This document shows, in pieces, positions 54,196-64,000 of a stretch of 64,000 nt of DNA. The notes beneath the pieces are model-generated. The model saw nothing but the letters and a program-made list of their open reading frames with translations, was not told the origin of the DNA and ran no database searches. A program made the translations under genes and the position numbers. The first letter of the stretch is position 1. Every line of letters starts with the position of its first letter. The stretch is from an uncultured SAR86 cluster bacterium (lineage in GTDB: Bacteria; Pseudomonadota; Gammaproteobacteria; Magnimaribacterales; AG-339-G14), in the NCBI GenBank assembly GCA_902624765.1, contig CACNYO010000001.1, forward strand, positions 95,645 through 159,644, in the 5' to 3' direction.

Positions 54196-55061
54196 AAAAA
54201 TGGTTTGATAAAATTCTTCCTTCTTTTATTAGACAAAATCCTGAAGAGAGACCTAGTCCGATTCCTCAAGGACTATGGCAGAGTTGTCCAAATTGTAATG
54301 AAATAATTTATGGACCAGATTTAGAAGAAAATTTTTATGTTTGTTCAAACTGTGATCATCATATAAGAATAGGTGCAAGACACAGATTGAGCTATTTTTT
54401 TGATAATAACGAATATCAAGAAATTTCAGAAAGTATTGAAACTAAGGATTGGTTAGATTTTAAAGATACTAAAAAGTACAAAGATAGAATTTCAGAATCC
54501 AAAAATAAAATAAACGAGAAAGAAGCCATTATTTCTGCATACGGTAAAGTGAAAGATAGAGAAATGGTAGCGGCAGCGTTTGAGTTTAGATTTATGGGAG
54601 GATCAATGGGTTCAGTGGTAGGTCAAAAATTTACTGACTCAGTTTATTGTGCAGTTGAGAAGAAGTTACCTTTTGTTTGTTTTTCTACCAGTGGAGGAGC
54701 AAGAATGCAGGAATCACTCGTTTCTCTGTTTCAGATGGCAAAAACAGCAGCGGCCCTCAATGACCTCAAGCAAGCAAGATTGCCTTTCATATCAGTCTTA
54801 ACCGACCCAATTTACGGTGGTGTTGCAGCAAGTCTAGCCATGTTGGGAGACGTCAATATAGCTGAACCGAAAGCTCAGGTTGGATTTACGGGACCAAGAG
54901 TTATTGAGCAAACTGTTAGAGTAAAACTACCTGAAGGTTTTCAGAAAAGTGAATTTCTTTTAAAGCATGGAATGATCGATATGATTGTTTCTAGATCTGA
55001 AATGAAAGAAAAAATATTTAACTTAGTATCAAAATTATCCCCAAAGATTGACGAAGCTTGA
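54192..55061 (+). CDS. accD: acetyl-CoA carboxylase carboxyltransferase beta subunit
   Basis: N-terminal Zn ribbon CPNCNE...CSNCDHH, plus GGSMGSVVG and SGGARMQE. Confidence 0.95.
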   Translation: MKKWFDKILPSFIRQNPEERPSPIPQGLWQSCPNCNEIIYGPDLEENFYVCSNCDHHIRIGARHRLSYFFDNNEYQEISESIETKDWLDFKDTKKYKDRISESKNKINEKEAIISAYGKVKDREMVAAAFEFRFMGGSMGSVVGQKFTDSVYCAVEKKLPFVCFSTSGGARMQESLVSLFQMAKTAAALNDLKQARLPFISVLTDPIYGGVAASLAMLGDVNIAEPKAQVGFTGPRVIEQTVRVKLPEGFQKSEFLLKHGMIDMIVSRSEMKEKIFNLVSKLSPKIDEA

Positions 55062-56265
55062 AGCTTGGATAAGCAAATTCCTATTTTCTGAAGATAACTC
55101 TGAAAAGGGTCTTAGAAATCCTCAGAAGGTTTACGATCTTCTCAGAATTCAACCCAAGGGAAAGATTATTCTTATATCTGGCACCAATGGAAAAGGAACC
55201 ATAGGCGAAATATTAACTCAATTTGGTTTACAAAAAGGTTTAAAAGTTGGTACTTTTTCTTCACCTCACTTAATACGAATCAATGAAAGAATAAAAATAA
55301 ATGGGGAGCCGATAAAAGATGATTTATTTTTGAACTCCTTAGAAAGCGTGAAAAGAGTAAAAGGAGATATCCCTTTAAATTTTTTTCAATATCTAGCTTT
55401 GGCCATGATGAAAATTTTTAATGATGAGGACGTTGATCTTTGGATTATAGAAATAGGCATTGGAGGAAGGTTAGATCCAACCAACGTTTTAAAAGCAGAT
55501 TTGTCCATCATCTCAAATATTCAACTTGATCACGAAGAAATTTTAGGAAAAGGAATAGAAAATATTGCTAAAGAAAAAGCAGGAATCATTAAAAAAAACA
55601 GACCCTTTATTTTGGGGCAATCTCATATGCCAAATTCACTAAAAAAAGAAATTAAGATTAAAAATTCTCAGGTATTTAGCTATGAGAAAGATTTCAAAAT
55701 AATGAAATCAAAAAAAAGTATTCAATACATTGATCATACTTATCAATTAAAAATATCTAACACTGAGATTTTAGATCCATCATCTGTCGCAGTTTCAATA
55801 AAATCTTTTGATTGCTTAGAAATTGATATTACAGAGAAACAAATTCAAAAAGGACTAGATTCATTTTCTTTAAAGGGAAGGTGTGAAGTTATTTCAAAAG
55901 ATCCGTTTATATTGATTGATGTATGCCATAACCTGTCTGCTCTTGAAAAATTAAAAAAAAGAATCCTAGATGGTATGGAAGGAAAAAAAACTGCCGCAAT
56001 TTATGCATCATCAAAGGATAGCCATGATCTCATATCTCCGCTTAAAGAAATGGTTGATTGTTGGTATTTTCCTAGGTGTAAAGAAAATAGATTAGTTAAT
56101 CCAGAGAAGTTTATATCTTTTGTTGATGATAAAAAAATTGGTTCCTATGGAAAAAGCCTAGAAATCACTTACGAGAATATAAAAAGTAAAAGTGAATTCG
56201 ACGCGATAATTGTTTATGGATCTTTCTATTTAGTCGGGGAGTTTCTAGAATCAAATTTTGTATAG
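55048..56265 (+). CDS. folC: bifunctional folylpolyglutamate synthase/dihydrofolate synthase
   Basis: P-loop ISGTNGKGT. Mur-ligase architecture. Conserved accD-folC context. TTG start. Confidence 0.88.
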   Translation: MTKLEAWISKFLFSEDNSEKGLRNPQKVYDLLRIQPKGKIILISGTNGKGTIGEILTQFGLQKGLKVGTFSSPHLIRINERIKINGEPIKDDLFLNSLESVKRVKGDIPLNFFQYLALAMMKIFNDEDVDLWIIEIGIGGRLDPTNVLKADLSIISNIQLDHEEILGKGIENIAKEKAGIIKKNRPFILGQSHMPNSLKKEIKIKNSQVFSYEKDFKIMKSKKSIQYIDHTYQLKISNTEILDPSSVAVSIKSFDCLEIDITEKQIQKGLDSFSLKGRCEVISKDPFILIDVCHNLSALEKLKKRILDGMEGKKTAAIYASSKDSHDLISPLKEMVDCWYFPRCKENRLVNPEKFISFVDDKKIGSYGKSLEITYENIKSKSEFDAIIVYGSFYLVGEFLESNFV

Positions 56266-56278
56266 TGTAAAATCAATT

Positions 56279-56833
56279 ATGGATATTCTTGATGGAAATA
56301 TTTCTTTGAATTGGATTGATTTCTTGTTAGTTGGAATATTTATTTTTTCTCTTGCTGTTGGGACTTTCAAGGGTTTTATAAAAGAAATATTTTCCATCAT
56401 TGAATGGGTTGGTTCAGCTTTTCTAGCATATTCTTTTAGATTAAATTTATCTTTATTATTGCCTTTAAATAGCCTTAATGATTTCTCTAAAGAAATTTTA
56501 AGTTCAATTATTATTTTTATATGTGCTTTCATCATTTTCAGACTTATTGGAAATATTATCTCAAAAGGTATGAAGCTTATTGGTTTTTCTTTTTTTGATA
56601 AGTTTTTGGGATCTGCCTTTGGGGCTTTGAGAGCCTTAGCTGTTATAGTATTTATTTTTTTAATCGCGAAAGAAGAGTTAGCAAATAAACCATGGTGGGA
56701 AAGCAGTTATTTTTCTCATCATATTATTGAATTATCAAAATTAATTGAAGAATACGATGTACCTGAAAAAATTAAAGAAGTGAAATTTCCATTAAAAGAA
56801 AACCTTGATTCATTAAATAAAAAGATTCAATAG
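56279..56833 (+). CDS. cvpA: CvpA-family membrane protein (colicin V production protein)
   Basis: Four-TM protein. The N-terminus ..NWIDFLLVGIFIFS aligns with E. coli CvpA MVWIDYAIIAVIAFS, and GALRALAVI matches GALRGVLIV. The ATG at 56279 is preferred over the TTG at 56258, which overlaps folC. Confidence 0.85.
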   Translation: MDILDGNISLNWIDFLLVGIFIFSLAVGTFKGFIKEIFSIIEWVGSAFLAYSFRLNLSLLLPLNSLNDFSKEILSSIIIFICAFIIFRLIGNIISKGMKLIGFSFFDKFLGSAFGALRALAVIVFIFLIAKEELANKPWWESSYFSHHIIELSKLIEEYDVPEKIKEVKFPLKENLDSLNKKIQ

Positions 56834-56837
56834 AAAT

Positions 56838-58304
56838 ATGTGCGGCGTAGTTGGAATTGTCTCAAAAAATGAAGTTGCTTCAGATCTTTATGAGGCTCTA
56901 ACGGTTATTCAACATCGAGGACAAGATGCGGCCGGCATAGCTACTTCAGAAGAAAAAAGAGTAAATTCAAGAAAACAACTAGGCCTTGTAAGGGAGGTCT
57001 TTAGAGAGCATCACATACAATCTCTTTTAGGGAAAATTGGCATTGCTCATGTTAGATATCCTACTTCCGGCGGCGCCTCAAGAGAATTAGCGCAACCTAT
57101 GTATGTAAATTCGCCATATGGGATAAGCATTGTCCATAATGGGAATCTAGTTAATACAGATTCATTGTGCGCAGAGCTTGCAGAGACAGACAGAAGGCAC
57201 TTAAATACAAATTCAGACTCCGAAGTTATCCTTAATATTTTTGCCCATGAACTTCAGCAAATCGGAAGTATACAGCCCACAAAGGAAGAAATTTTTGAAG
57301 CTGTTGGAAGAATGCAATCAAGATTATCCGGAGCATACTCAATAATAATGATGATCAATGATGTGGGGTTAGTTGCTGTAAGAGATCCTCATGGAATAAG
57401 ACCTTTAATAATTGGAAAAAGAGATGAGGATCTTATGGGGGCAGAATATATGATTGCATCTGAAAGCGCAGCTATTGATGCTCTTGATTTCAAGGTTATC
57501 GATGATGTTGGAGCGGGAGAAGCAATATTCATTTCAAAAGAAGGAAAAATGAGTAGATCAAAATCCCATAAAACAGCAAATCATAGCCCTTGTATTTTTG
57601 AATATGTTTACTTAGCTAGACCAGATTCTGTTATTGATAAAGTTTCAGTTCACAAGGCAAGACAGAGAATGGGAATATATCTTGGCGAAAAAATACTTAG
57701 TTTGCATCCAAAGCATGACATAGATGTAGTTATACCTATCCCCGAAAGTAGCACGACTTCAGCAAACGAAGTAGCAAAAAAGCTCGGATTACCTTATAGA
57801 GAAGGCTTTGTTAAAAATAGATACATTGGGAGAACCTTTATCATGCCAAAGCAGGAAATGCGAAAAAAATCCGTAAAGAGGAAATTAAATCCAATAACCA
57901 TGGAATTTGAAGGTAAAAATGTTCTTCTAGTAGATGATTCAATTGTTAGAGGTACAACTAGCAAACAAATAGTAGAAATGGCTAGAGATGCGGGAGCAAA
58001 AAAAGTCTTTTTTGCATCTGCCGCTCCACCAATTAGATTTCAAAACGTTTATGGAATTGATATGGCAGCAACTGCTGAGTTAATAGCTCATCAAAAAGAT
58101 GAAAGTCAAATAGCAGAATATATAGGAGCAGACTGGTTAGTTTATCAAGATCTAAAAGATTTAATTAGAAGTGCAAAAGAGGGAAATAAAGATATAGAGA
58201 ACTTTGAAACCTCTATTTTTGATGGTGAATATTTAGATAATCAAGTATCTGATGGCTATCTAGAAAACTTAGAGGTTATGAGATCTGATTCAAATAAAAT
58301 TTAG
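56838..58304 (+). CDS. purF: amidophosphoribosyltransferase
   Basis: MCGVVGI Ntn-amidotransferase N-terminus and PRPP loop [11 protein letters not shown]. Confidence 0.96.
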   Translation: MCGVVGIVSKNEVASDLYEALTVIQHRGQDAAGIATSEEKRVNSRKQLGLVREVFREHHIQSLLGKIGIAHVRYPTSGGASRELAQPMYVNSPYGISIVHNGNLVNTDSLCAELAETDRRHLNTNSDSEVILNIFAHELQQIGSIQPTKEEIFEAVGRMQSRLSGAYSIIMMINDVGLVAVRDPHGIRPLIIGKRDEDLMGAEYMIASESAAIDALDFKVIDDVGAGEAIFISKEGKMSRSKSHKTANHSPCIFEYVYLARPDSVIDKVSVHKARQRMGIYLGEKILSLHPKHDIDVVIPIPESSTTSANEVAKKLGLPYREGFVKNRYIGRTFIMPKQEMRKKSVKRKLNPITMEFEGKNVLLVDDSIVRGTTSKQIVEMARDAGAKKVFFASAAPPIRFQNVYGIDMAATAELIAHQKDESQIAEYIGADWLVYQDLKDLIRSAKEGNKDIENFETSIFDGEYLDNQVSDGYLENLEVMRSDSNKI

Positions 58305-60880
58305 TTTGTTTCAATGGTAACTGCAGGGAGTTTTGCATTATCGGCTGCATCCTTATAGCTTTTTATCTCATTGAAATTCATGTATCTAAAAATATCAGCA
58401 GACATCGTATTGATCTCAGACATAAAGCTCTGATATTCATCATTGGATGGAAGTTTTCCTAAGATTGATGCAATAGCAGCCAGTTCTGCTGAAGCAAGAT
58501 AAACATCGGCGCCGTCTCCAAGCCTATTTGGAAAGTTTCTTGTTGAGGTTGAAACGACAGTTGAATTTGGTTCAACTCTGGCTTGATTACCCATACAAAG
58601 AGAGCATCCAGGAATCTCTGTTCTTACACCAGCTTTTTCAAAAATATCATAAAAGCCTTCTTGTTCTAATTGAAACTTATCCATTCTTGTTGGTGGAGAT
58701 ATCCATAATCTAGTTGGTAAGGAAGTAGCATCTTTCAAGAGTTTTCCAGCAGCCCTAAAATGACCAATGTTCGTCATACAAGAACCAATGAAGACCTCAT
58801 CAATTTTATCCTCTCCAATATCAGAAAGCGTTTTTATGTCGTCTGGATCATTTGGACAGGCTAAAAGAGGTTCCCTTATTTCGTTTAGATCAATTTCAAT
58901 AGTAGCTGCATATTTGGCATTTTGATCTGGTTTAAGTAGAAAAGGATTTTCGATCCACTGTTCCATTTTTTGAGCTCTTCTTTCCAAAGTTCTTGCATCT
59001 CCGTATCCCTCTGAGATAAGCCATCTAAGTAAAACTATATTCGATTTAAGATATTCTAAAATTGGTTCTTCTTCTAAAAGAACAGTACATCCAGATGCAG
59101 ACCTTTCAGCAGAAGCATCAGATAATTCAAAAGCTTGTTCAATTTTTAAATTTGGTAATCCTTCTATTTCGAGACACCTTCCAGAGAAAATATTTTTCTT
59201 ACCCTCTTTCTCGACTGTAAGTAAGCCTCTTTGGATTGCTGCATAAGGAATAGCATTTACAAGATCTCTAAGAGTTATTCCAGGTTGCATTTCTCCGGAA
59301 AATCTTACCAAAACCGATTCGGGCATATCTAAAGGAATTACTCCAAGTGCTGCACCAAAAGCGACAAGACCAGATCCAGCTGGAAAACTTATCCCAATTG
59401 GAAATCTTGTATGAGAATCTCCCCCAGTTCCAACCGTATCGGGTAGCAACATTCTATTCAACCAAGAGTGAATAATGCCATCACCTGGCTTCAAAGCTAC
59501 TCCTCCACGCGTTTTGATGAACTCAGGTAAGGTATGTTGCGTTTCTACGTCTACAGGCTTTGGATAAGCTGCAGTATGACAGAACGATTGCATCACTAAA
59601 TCTGAAGTGAATCCCAGGCAAGCTAATTCCTTAAGTTCATCTCTTGTCATTGGTCCAGTTGTATCTTGAGATCCTACTGTAGTCATAATCGGCTCACAAT
59701 AAGTGCCAGGTCTAATTCCTTCAACACCGCAAGCTTTACCAACAATTTTTTGCGCTAGAGTGTAACCATCAGTTGATTCGTCAGTTTTTCCAGGTCTCAC
59801 AAAGACATCTGAAGCAGGTAGATTTAAAAAATCTCTTGCTTTATCGGTTAGGCTTCTACCAATTATTAAAGGTATTCTGCCTCCAGCTCTTACTTCATCA
59901 AGAAAAGTTTCTGACTTAAGTTCAAATGAGGAAATATTTTCTGAGCTCTCATTTTCTACTTTGCCTTCATGAGGGTATATTGTTATGACATCTCCTGTTT
60001 CCATTTTTTCTACATCTGCTTCAAATACAAGAGTCCCAGCATCCTCCATTGTGTTAAAGAATATTGGAGCAATTTTACCGCCTATACATATACCACCTGT
60101 TCTTTTATTTGGGATGAAAGGAATATCCTCTCCCATATGCCATAAAACAGAGTTTGTTGCAGACTTTCTTGATGAGCCAGTACCAACAACATCACCTACA
60201 AGACAAACTGGATGACCTTTATCCTTTAATTTTTGTATTTCTCCTAGAGGATCGTTTGATAATCCTTGTCTCTGCATTTTATACATCGCTAAAGCATGTA
60301 ATGGAATATCAGGTCTTGACCAAGCATCTGGAGCAGGAGAAAGATCATCGGTGTTAGTCTCTCCGGGCACTTTAAAAACTGTTGTGGTAATAGATTGAGG
60401 CACTTCTGGTTTAGATGTAAACCACTCCGCTTCTGCCCATGAATCTAAAACTTTTTTTGCATTTTGAGAGCTTTTTGATTTTTCTGCTATGTCATTAAAT
60501 GCATCGAAAACTAATAAAGTTTGTGACAATGCTTTCACAGCCTCATCTCCACATTCATCATCATCAAGAAGACTAATTAATGGTTCGACATTATAGCCAC
60601 CCAGCATTGTTCCAAGGTAAAAAGTAGCTTTTATAGGATCAATCAAGTCACACTTTATCTTTTTAGACGCAATATCGTTAAGAAAAGCAGCTTTTATGTA
60701 GGCAGCATCATCAACTCCAGCTGGAACTCTATTTATTAAAAGGTTCAAGAGGATTTCTCCTTGGTCTGAATTTTCTTTTATTAATTCAACAAGGTCAGCA
60801 GTTTGTTCAGCATCAAGTGGTTCTGGCGGGATGCCAAGCTCAGCTCTCTCTTTTTCAATTTTTTTGTATGCTTCTAACAT
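58301..60880 (-). CDS. acnB: bifunctional aconitate hydratase 2/2-methylisocitrate dehydratase
   Basis: 859 aa with an AcnB-specific N-terminal HEAT-like domain ([22 protein letters not shown]) and Fe-S ligand regions ([18 protein letters not shown]). Confidence 0.95.
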   Translation of the reverse strand: MLEAYKKIEKERAELGIPPEPLDAEQTADLVELIKENSDQGEILLNLLINRVPAGVDDAAYIKAAFLNDIASKKIKCDLIDPIKATFYLGTMLGGYNVEPLISLLDDDECGDEAVKALSQTLLVFDAFNDIAEKSKSSQNAKKVLDSWAEAEWFTSKPEVPQSITTTVFKVPGETNTDDLSPAPDAWSRPDIPLHALAMYKMQRQGLSNDPLGEIQKLKDKGHPVCLVGDVVGTGSSRKSATNSVLWHMGEDIPFIPNKRTGGICIGGKIAPIFFNTMEDAGTLVFEADVEKMETGDVITIYPHEGKVENESSENISSFELKSETFLDEVRAGGRIPLIIGRSLTDKARDFLNLPASDVFVRPGKTDESTDGYTLAQKIVGKACGVEGIRPGTYCEPIMTTVGSQDTTGPMTRDELKELACLGFTSDLVMQSFCHTAAYPKPVDVETQHTLPEFIKTRGGVALKPGDGIIHSWLNRMLLPDTVGTGGDSHTRFPIGISFPAGSGLVAFGAALGVIPLDMPESVLVRFSGEMQPGITLRDLVNAIPYAAIQRGLLTVEKEGKKNIFSGRCLEIEGLPNLKIEQAFELSDASAERSASGCTVLLEEEPILEYLKSNIVLLRWLISEGYGDARTLERRAQKMEQWIENPFLLKPDQNAKYAATIEIDLNEIREPLLACPNDPDDIKTLSDIGEDKIDEVFIGSCMTNIGHFRAAGKLLKDATSLPTRLWISPPTRMDKFQLEQEGFYDIFEKAGVRTEIPGCSLCMGNQARVEPNSTVVSTSTRNFPNRLGDGADVYLASAELAAIASILGKLPSNDEYQSFMSEINTMSADIFRYMNFNEIKSYKDAADNAKLPAVTIETN

Positions 60881-60912
60881 AAACCCCTAAAAAAATTGCT
60901 AGTATACTCCTT

Positions 60913-61368
60913 ATGCAGAAGAAGACTAGAACCCCATGCGTAGGAATATGCTCAACAACTTATGGGGATGAAGTCTGCAGAGGTTGTAAAAGATTTTATT
61001 TTGAGGTGATTGATTGGAATAAATTTAACGATGATGAAAAGGATTCTGTGTGGATGAGATTAGAATCGTTAAAGACTCAAATAATTTATTCTAAAATAAG
61101 AAAAATCAATTCAGAAAAGCTACACAGCAAAATCTCTGAACTAGATTTAAAAATCAAGACAGATCTAAATGAATACTGCCAAATTTTTGACTTAATCAAA
61201 CTTGTTAGTGAGAGTTTTGATGATCTAACTGAATTTGGAGTAACTTTTTTTGACGAGAATATTAATTTAGAGATTTTAAAAAAAGATCTTGAGGAGGAAC
61301 TTTTAGCTCTTTCGAAGGCTCATTATTCAAAATATTTTAAAGATCCACTTCATCAGAAAAAAGCTTAG
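60913..61368 (+). CDS. DUF1289-type Cys-rich protein with a long helical C-terminal extension
   Basis: The N-terminus TPCVGICSTTYGDEVCRGCKRF matches the DUF1289 (YdhL-like) CxxxC...CxxC pattern. The remaining ~100 aa are charged and helical. Confidence 0.6.
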   Translation: MQKKTRTPCVGICSTTYGDEVCRGCKRFYFEVIDWNKFNDDEKDSVWMRLESLKTQIIYSKIRKINSEKLHSKISELDLKIKTDLNEYCQIFDLIKLVSESFDDLTEFGVTFFDENINLEILKKDLEEELLALSKAHYSKYFKDPLHQKKA

Positions 61369-62069
61369 AAAGTTTTTAATGAAATCTCTCCATTGACAAC
61401 TGTTGCAAAGCTTACTTCATTTTCCCAATCGCTTAAGACAACTCTTTGAAGATTATTTTCATTATGAAAGAAAGGTCGGTGAGTATGACCATGGATCATT
61501 TTTTTTATTTTAAATTTTTTACTTACCTCTATAACTGCCTCTTGATTTACATCCATTATTTCACTCACTTTATTACCAGTTTCATCATTACTCATATCTC
61601 TTAGACCAGATGCTATATTTATTCTCTCTTGGAGAGATTTTGACAAAAAATCTCTTGTCCAGTTTTCGTTTCTTACAAGCCTTCTGAATTCCTGATATTT
61701 GACATCATCTGTACATAGGGTGTCGCCGTGCAAAAGTAGTATTTTTGAATCTCCATCTTGATAAATGTGATGGTCAGACAGAAGTATTCCATTTATATAA
61801 GAACAGAAATCTTTGCCAATAAGAAAGTCTCTATTTCCATGCATGAGAGAAATTTTTATTCCTCTCTCGGATACCTTTTTGAGAATTTCAATTACTTCTA
61901 GATTAAATTTAGATTTGTCATCATCGCCAATCCAAGTTTCAAACAAATCACCCAAAATAAATAAATCATCGAAGCCATCAACTTTAGATGCAATAAAGGT
62001 TTCAAATTTATTGAATAAATTAGTATCTGATTCATTTAAATGTAAATCAGAAATTAAAACTGCACTCAT
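61365..62069 (-). CDS. lpxH: UDP-2,3-diacylglucosamine diphosphatase
   Basis: Metallophosphoesterase motifs ISDLHL, GDLFETWIGDD, GNRD, HGDTLCTDD, GHTHRP. Collinear with E. coli LpxH. Confidence 0.93.
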   Translation of the reverse strand: MSAVLISDLHLNESDTNLFNKFETFIASKVDGFDDLFILGDLFETWIGDDDKSKFNLEVIEILKKVSERGIKISLMHGNRDFLIGKDFCSYINGILLSDHHIYQDGDSKILLLHGDTLCTDDVKYQEFRRLVRNENWTRDFLSKSLQERINIASGLRDMSNDETGNKVSEIMDVNQEAVIEVSKKFKIKKMIHGHTHRPFFHNENNLQRVVLSDWENEVSFATVVNGEISLKTF

Positions 62070-62076
62070 AAATGAG

Positions 62077-62583
62077 TTATTTTTTTATTGAAGCACTTAA
62101 AATTTTAATATCTTCCCTTGGTACATCTTGATAAGGTCCAAAGCTTCCTGTTTGAACATCTGCCATCTCATCTACAACCTCTTGACCTTTTATAACTTTT
62201 CCAAAGACTGCATACCCCCAGCCCATAGGAGTTTCAGAAGAAAAGTCGAGACTGACATTATCTTGAAGATTTATAAAAAATTGTGAAGTAGCGGAGTGAG
62301 GATCATTAGTTCTTGCCATTGACAATGTATACTTATCATTTTTTAAACCATTATTGGCTTCATTCTGAATAGGCTCTTGAGTTTCCTTCTGATCCATTCC
62401 AGAAATATGCCCTCCACCTTGTACAACAAAGCCTGGAATTATTCTATGAAAGATAGTCTCTTCAAAAAAACCACTCTCAACATATGAAACAAAGTTTTTA
62501 GCTGTTATGGGAGCTTCATTCTCATAAAGTTCAATTTCTAAAGTACCCATAGTTGTTACCAGAACTACAATAATATTATTCAT
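62077..62583 (-). CDS. ppiB: cyclophilin-type peptidyl-prolyl cis-trans isomerase
   Basis: FHRIIPGFVVQGGG, ...LSMARTNDPHSATSQFFIN. A GAGG SD precedes the second ATG (62583, MNNIIVVL...). The ORF-track start at 62604 adds 7 aa. Confidence 0.9.
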   Translation of the reverse strand: MNNIIVVLVTTMGTLEIELYENEAPITAKNFVSYVESGFFEETIFHRIIPGFVVQGGGHISGMDQKETQEPIQNEANNGLKNDKYTLSMARTNDPHSATSQFFINLQDNVSLDFSSETPMGWGYAVFGKVIKGQEVVDEMADVQTGSFGPYQDVPREDIKILSASIKK

Positions 62584-62631
62584 AATTTCCTCTTTAGATA
62601 TCATTCTAATCTATAATTGATCTTCTCTGAA

Positions 62632-64000
62632 ATGAAGATATTTGATTCAAAAAGCTCTAAAAAGATAAATTTTGATCCTTTAAAAGAAGGAAAAGTGTCT
62701 CTATATGTTTGTGGGATGACTGTTTATGACTCTTGTCATATTGGGCACCTTAGAACTTTTTTATCCTTTGATTTCATAGTCAAATCATTTAAAGCTCTGA
62801 ACTATGACATCCATTATGTTAGAAACATAACTGACGTAGATGACAAAATAATTGCTAAAGCAAAATTAGAAAAGACCTCTCCATCTGTTATTTCTGAAAG
62901 ATATATTGAAGAAATGCATGATGACTTTTTATCTATGGCCATGCAATCACCGGATAAAGAGCCGAAAGTTACTGAACATATGGAATCGATAATTTCTTTT
63001 ATAGAAGATCTTATCTCTAAGAAATTTGCTTATTCGACTAAAAATGGTGATGTTTTCTTCAACGTAGAGTCTTTTGATAAATATGGAGAACTATCAAATA
63101 GAAAACTCAAAGAGATGATTTCTGGTTCAAGAATTGAAGTAGATGATAGCAAAAAGAATCCTGCTGACTTCGCGCTTTGGAAAAATTCTTCTGATGAATA
63201 CTCTTGGGAATCACCATGGGGAGAAGGAAGACCTGGTTGGCATATTGAGTGCTCAGCCATGAGTAGAGATTACCTAGGAAAAAACTTTGATATTCATGGA
63301 GGAGGTTTAGATCTGAAATTTCCTCATCATGAGAATGAAAATGCTCAATCTAAATGTAATCATGATGGTTTGTTTGCAAATTATTGGTTGCATACTGGGC
63401 CTTTAACAATTGATGAGGAAAAAATGTCTAAATCTCTTGGAAATTTCATCACCATTAAAGATATCTTGAAAAAATATCATCCAGAGGTTATCAGATTTTA
63501 TCTTTTTTCTACTCATTACAGGAATCCCTTAAATTTTTCTTTTGGTGGGCTTGATGAGAGTAAAAAAATACTAGACAAATTTTATGATGCCTTAAGAAAG
63601 GTAGATACATCAAATGTCAAGAATGTTTCTCTTGCCGAAGGAGTTATCCAAAGTCTAAAAGATGATTTCAACTCTCCTAAATTGATTTCTTTTTTGCACA
63701 AAACACTGGATAAGCTGAATAAATCTCTAATAAAAAACAAAAAAGAATCTCAATCAATGGCTAATATTCTAATTTCATCAGGCGAAGTTATGGGACTATT
63801 TCAGTCTAAACCAGAAGAATATTTTAAATTTATTTCATCTGAAGAGCTCATTTCAGAAAAAGAAATAGAAGATCTTATAGCTCAAAGAAACTTAGCAAGA
63901 ACTGAAAAAGACTTTTCAAAATCAGACAAAATTAGGGATGATCTAAAAGCCAAGGGAATTTCTCTAGAGGATTTAGGCGATAAGACTTCTTGGAAAAGAG
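62632..64000 (+). CDS. cysS: cysteine--tRNA ligase (3' end beyond the window)
   Basis: Manual translation from the ATG at 62632 gives MKIFDSKSSKKINFDPLKEGKVSLYVCGMTVYDSCHIGHLRTF... HIGH at 62737-62748, KMSKS at 63421-63435. It is absent from the ORF track because there is no stop in the window. Confidence 0.93.
   Translation, partial: MKIFDSKSSKKINFDPLKEGKVSLYVCGMTVYDSCHIGHLRTFLSFDFIVKSFKALNYDIHYVRNITDVDDKIIAKAKLEKTSPSVISERYIEEMHDDFLSMAMQSPDKEPKVTEHMESIISFIEDLISKKFAYSTKNGDVFFNVESFDKYGELSNRKLKEMISGSRIEVDDSKKNPADFALWKNSSDEYSWESPWGEGRPGWHIECSAMSRDYLGKNFDIHGGGLDLKFPHHENENAQSKCNHDGLFANYWLHTGPLTIDEEKMSKSLGNFITIKDILKKYHPEVIRFYLFSTHYRNPLNFSFGGLDESKKILDKFYDALRKVDTSNVKNVSLAEGVIQSLKDDFNSPKLISFLHKTLDKLNKSLIKNKKESQSMANILISSGEVMGLFQSKPEEYFKFISSEELISEKEIEDLIAQRNLARTEKDFSKSDKIRDDLKAKGISLEDLGDKTSWKR

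Noticed and set aside
56251-56535. 94-aa minus-strand ORF spanning the folC/cvpA junction.
   Set aside because: It is antisense to cvpA, whose four-TM product aligns with E. coli CvpA. The antisense product is Lys/Ile-rich with no motif.
1046-63260. About 45 short ORF-track entries (60-129 aa) nested inside or antisense to the larger genes. Examples: 1046..1312(-), 2482..2766(+), 3743..4000(-), 8240..8440(-), 9154..9405(+), 10103..10393(-), 11121..11384(+), 14327..14671(-), 26549..26764(+), 30812..31126(-), 40232..40507(-), 47030..47332(-), 59985..60215(+), 63030..63260(-).
   Set aside because: Each lies wholly within a longer ORF that has clear family motifs. Their translations are low-complexity (S/L/F/I/K-rich), as expected from out-of-frame or antisense reading of AT-rich coding DNA. 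None has an RBS or a recognisable motif.
1-64000. Search for CRISPR arrays, transposases, integrases, phage or toxin-antitoxin/defence genes, and for tRNA/rRNA/other structured RNA genes.
   Set aside because: No spacer-repeat periodicity was seen. No ORF has recombinase, transposase or defence-type motifs. The longest non-coding stretches are 149-152 bp (215-363, 35254-35405) and are AT-rich with no tRNA-like GC-rich stems. mazG here is the housekeeping single-domain pyrophosphohydrolase, not part of a mazEF module.

Overview
This is an AT-rich window (about one-third G+C by eye) with very dense gene packing. I call about 60 protein-coding genes. I see no rRNA, tRNA, CRISPR array, transposase, integrase or phage genes. 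Divergent intergenic spacers are only 32-152 bp, and 8 of the 9 convergent gene pairs abut or overlap at their stop codons.

The gene order aroC-leuCDB-asd-truA-trpF-trpBA-accD-folC-cvpA-purF matches the Pseudomonas and E. coli (usg-truA-accD-folC-cvpA-purF) neighbourhood. That points to a streamlined marine gamma- or beta-proteobacterium. SAR86-like is my guess, and it is inference only.

Layout:
- Left third (1-20.8 kb), accessory-looking catabolic and surface genes: FAD monooxygenase, two SDRs, an ICMT-like membrane methyltransferase, an AGAO-type copper amine oxidase, a 1405-aa chimeric autotransporter-like adhesin, an enoyl-CoA hydratase, a VOC-amidase-carboxyltransferase trio, a short-type pgi, a family III CoA-transferase, a CIA30 protein, an unknown 365-aa protein, an APH-like kinase and an SRPBCC protein.
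- Middle, housekeeping genes: tadA, xthA, prc, yihG-like, mazG, an acyl-CoA dehydrogenase (ACAD) pair, yhhQ and nadK. A YjbE/F/H plus OtnA-like capsule-type export module follows, then pyrD, topA, lexA with an SOS box, cysB, thrH and prpBCD.
- Right third: the amino-acid/cofactor gene string, then acnB, a DUF1289 protein, lpxH, ppiB and partial cysS.

Most interesting observations:
1. asd carries an in-frame FimV C-terminal motif at the position where fimV normally sits.
2. An orphan YjbH/YjbF/giant-SLBB export module sits next to a very unusual YjbE/GfcA-like protein with a poly-Glu block and a Thr/Ala tail.
3. The autotransporter-like protein has a DUF285/cadherin/Ig mosaic passenger.
4. Two tightly coupled enzyme sets have no assignable pathway: amidase plus an orphan carboxyltransferase, and CoA-transferase/CIA30/unknown/kinase/SRPBCC.

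All calls come from reading the translations and motifs. No database searches were run.
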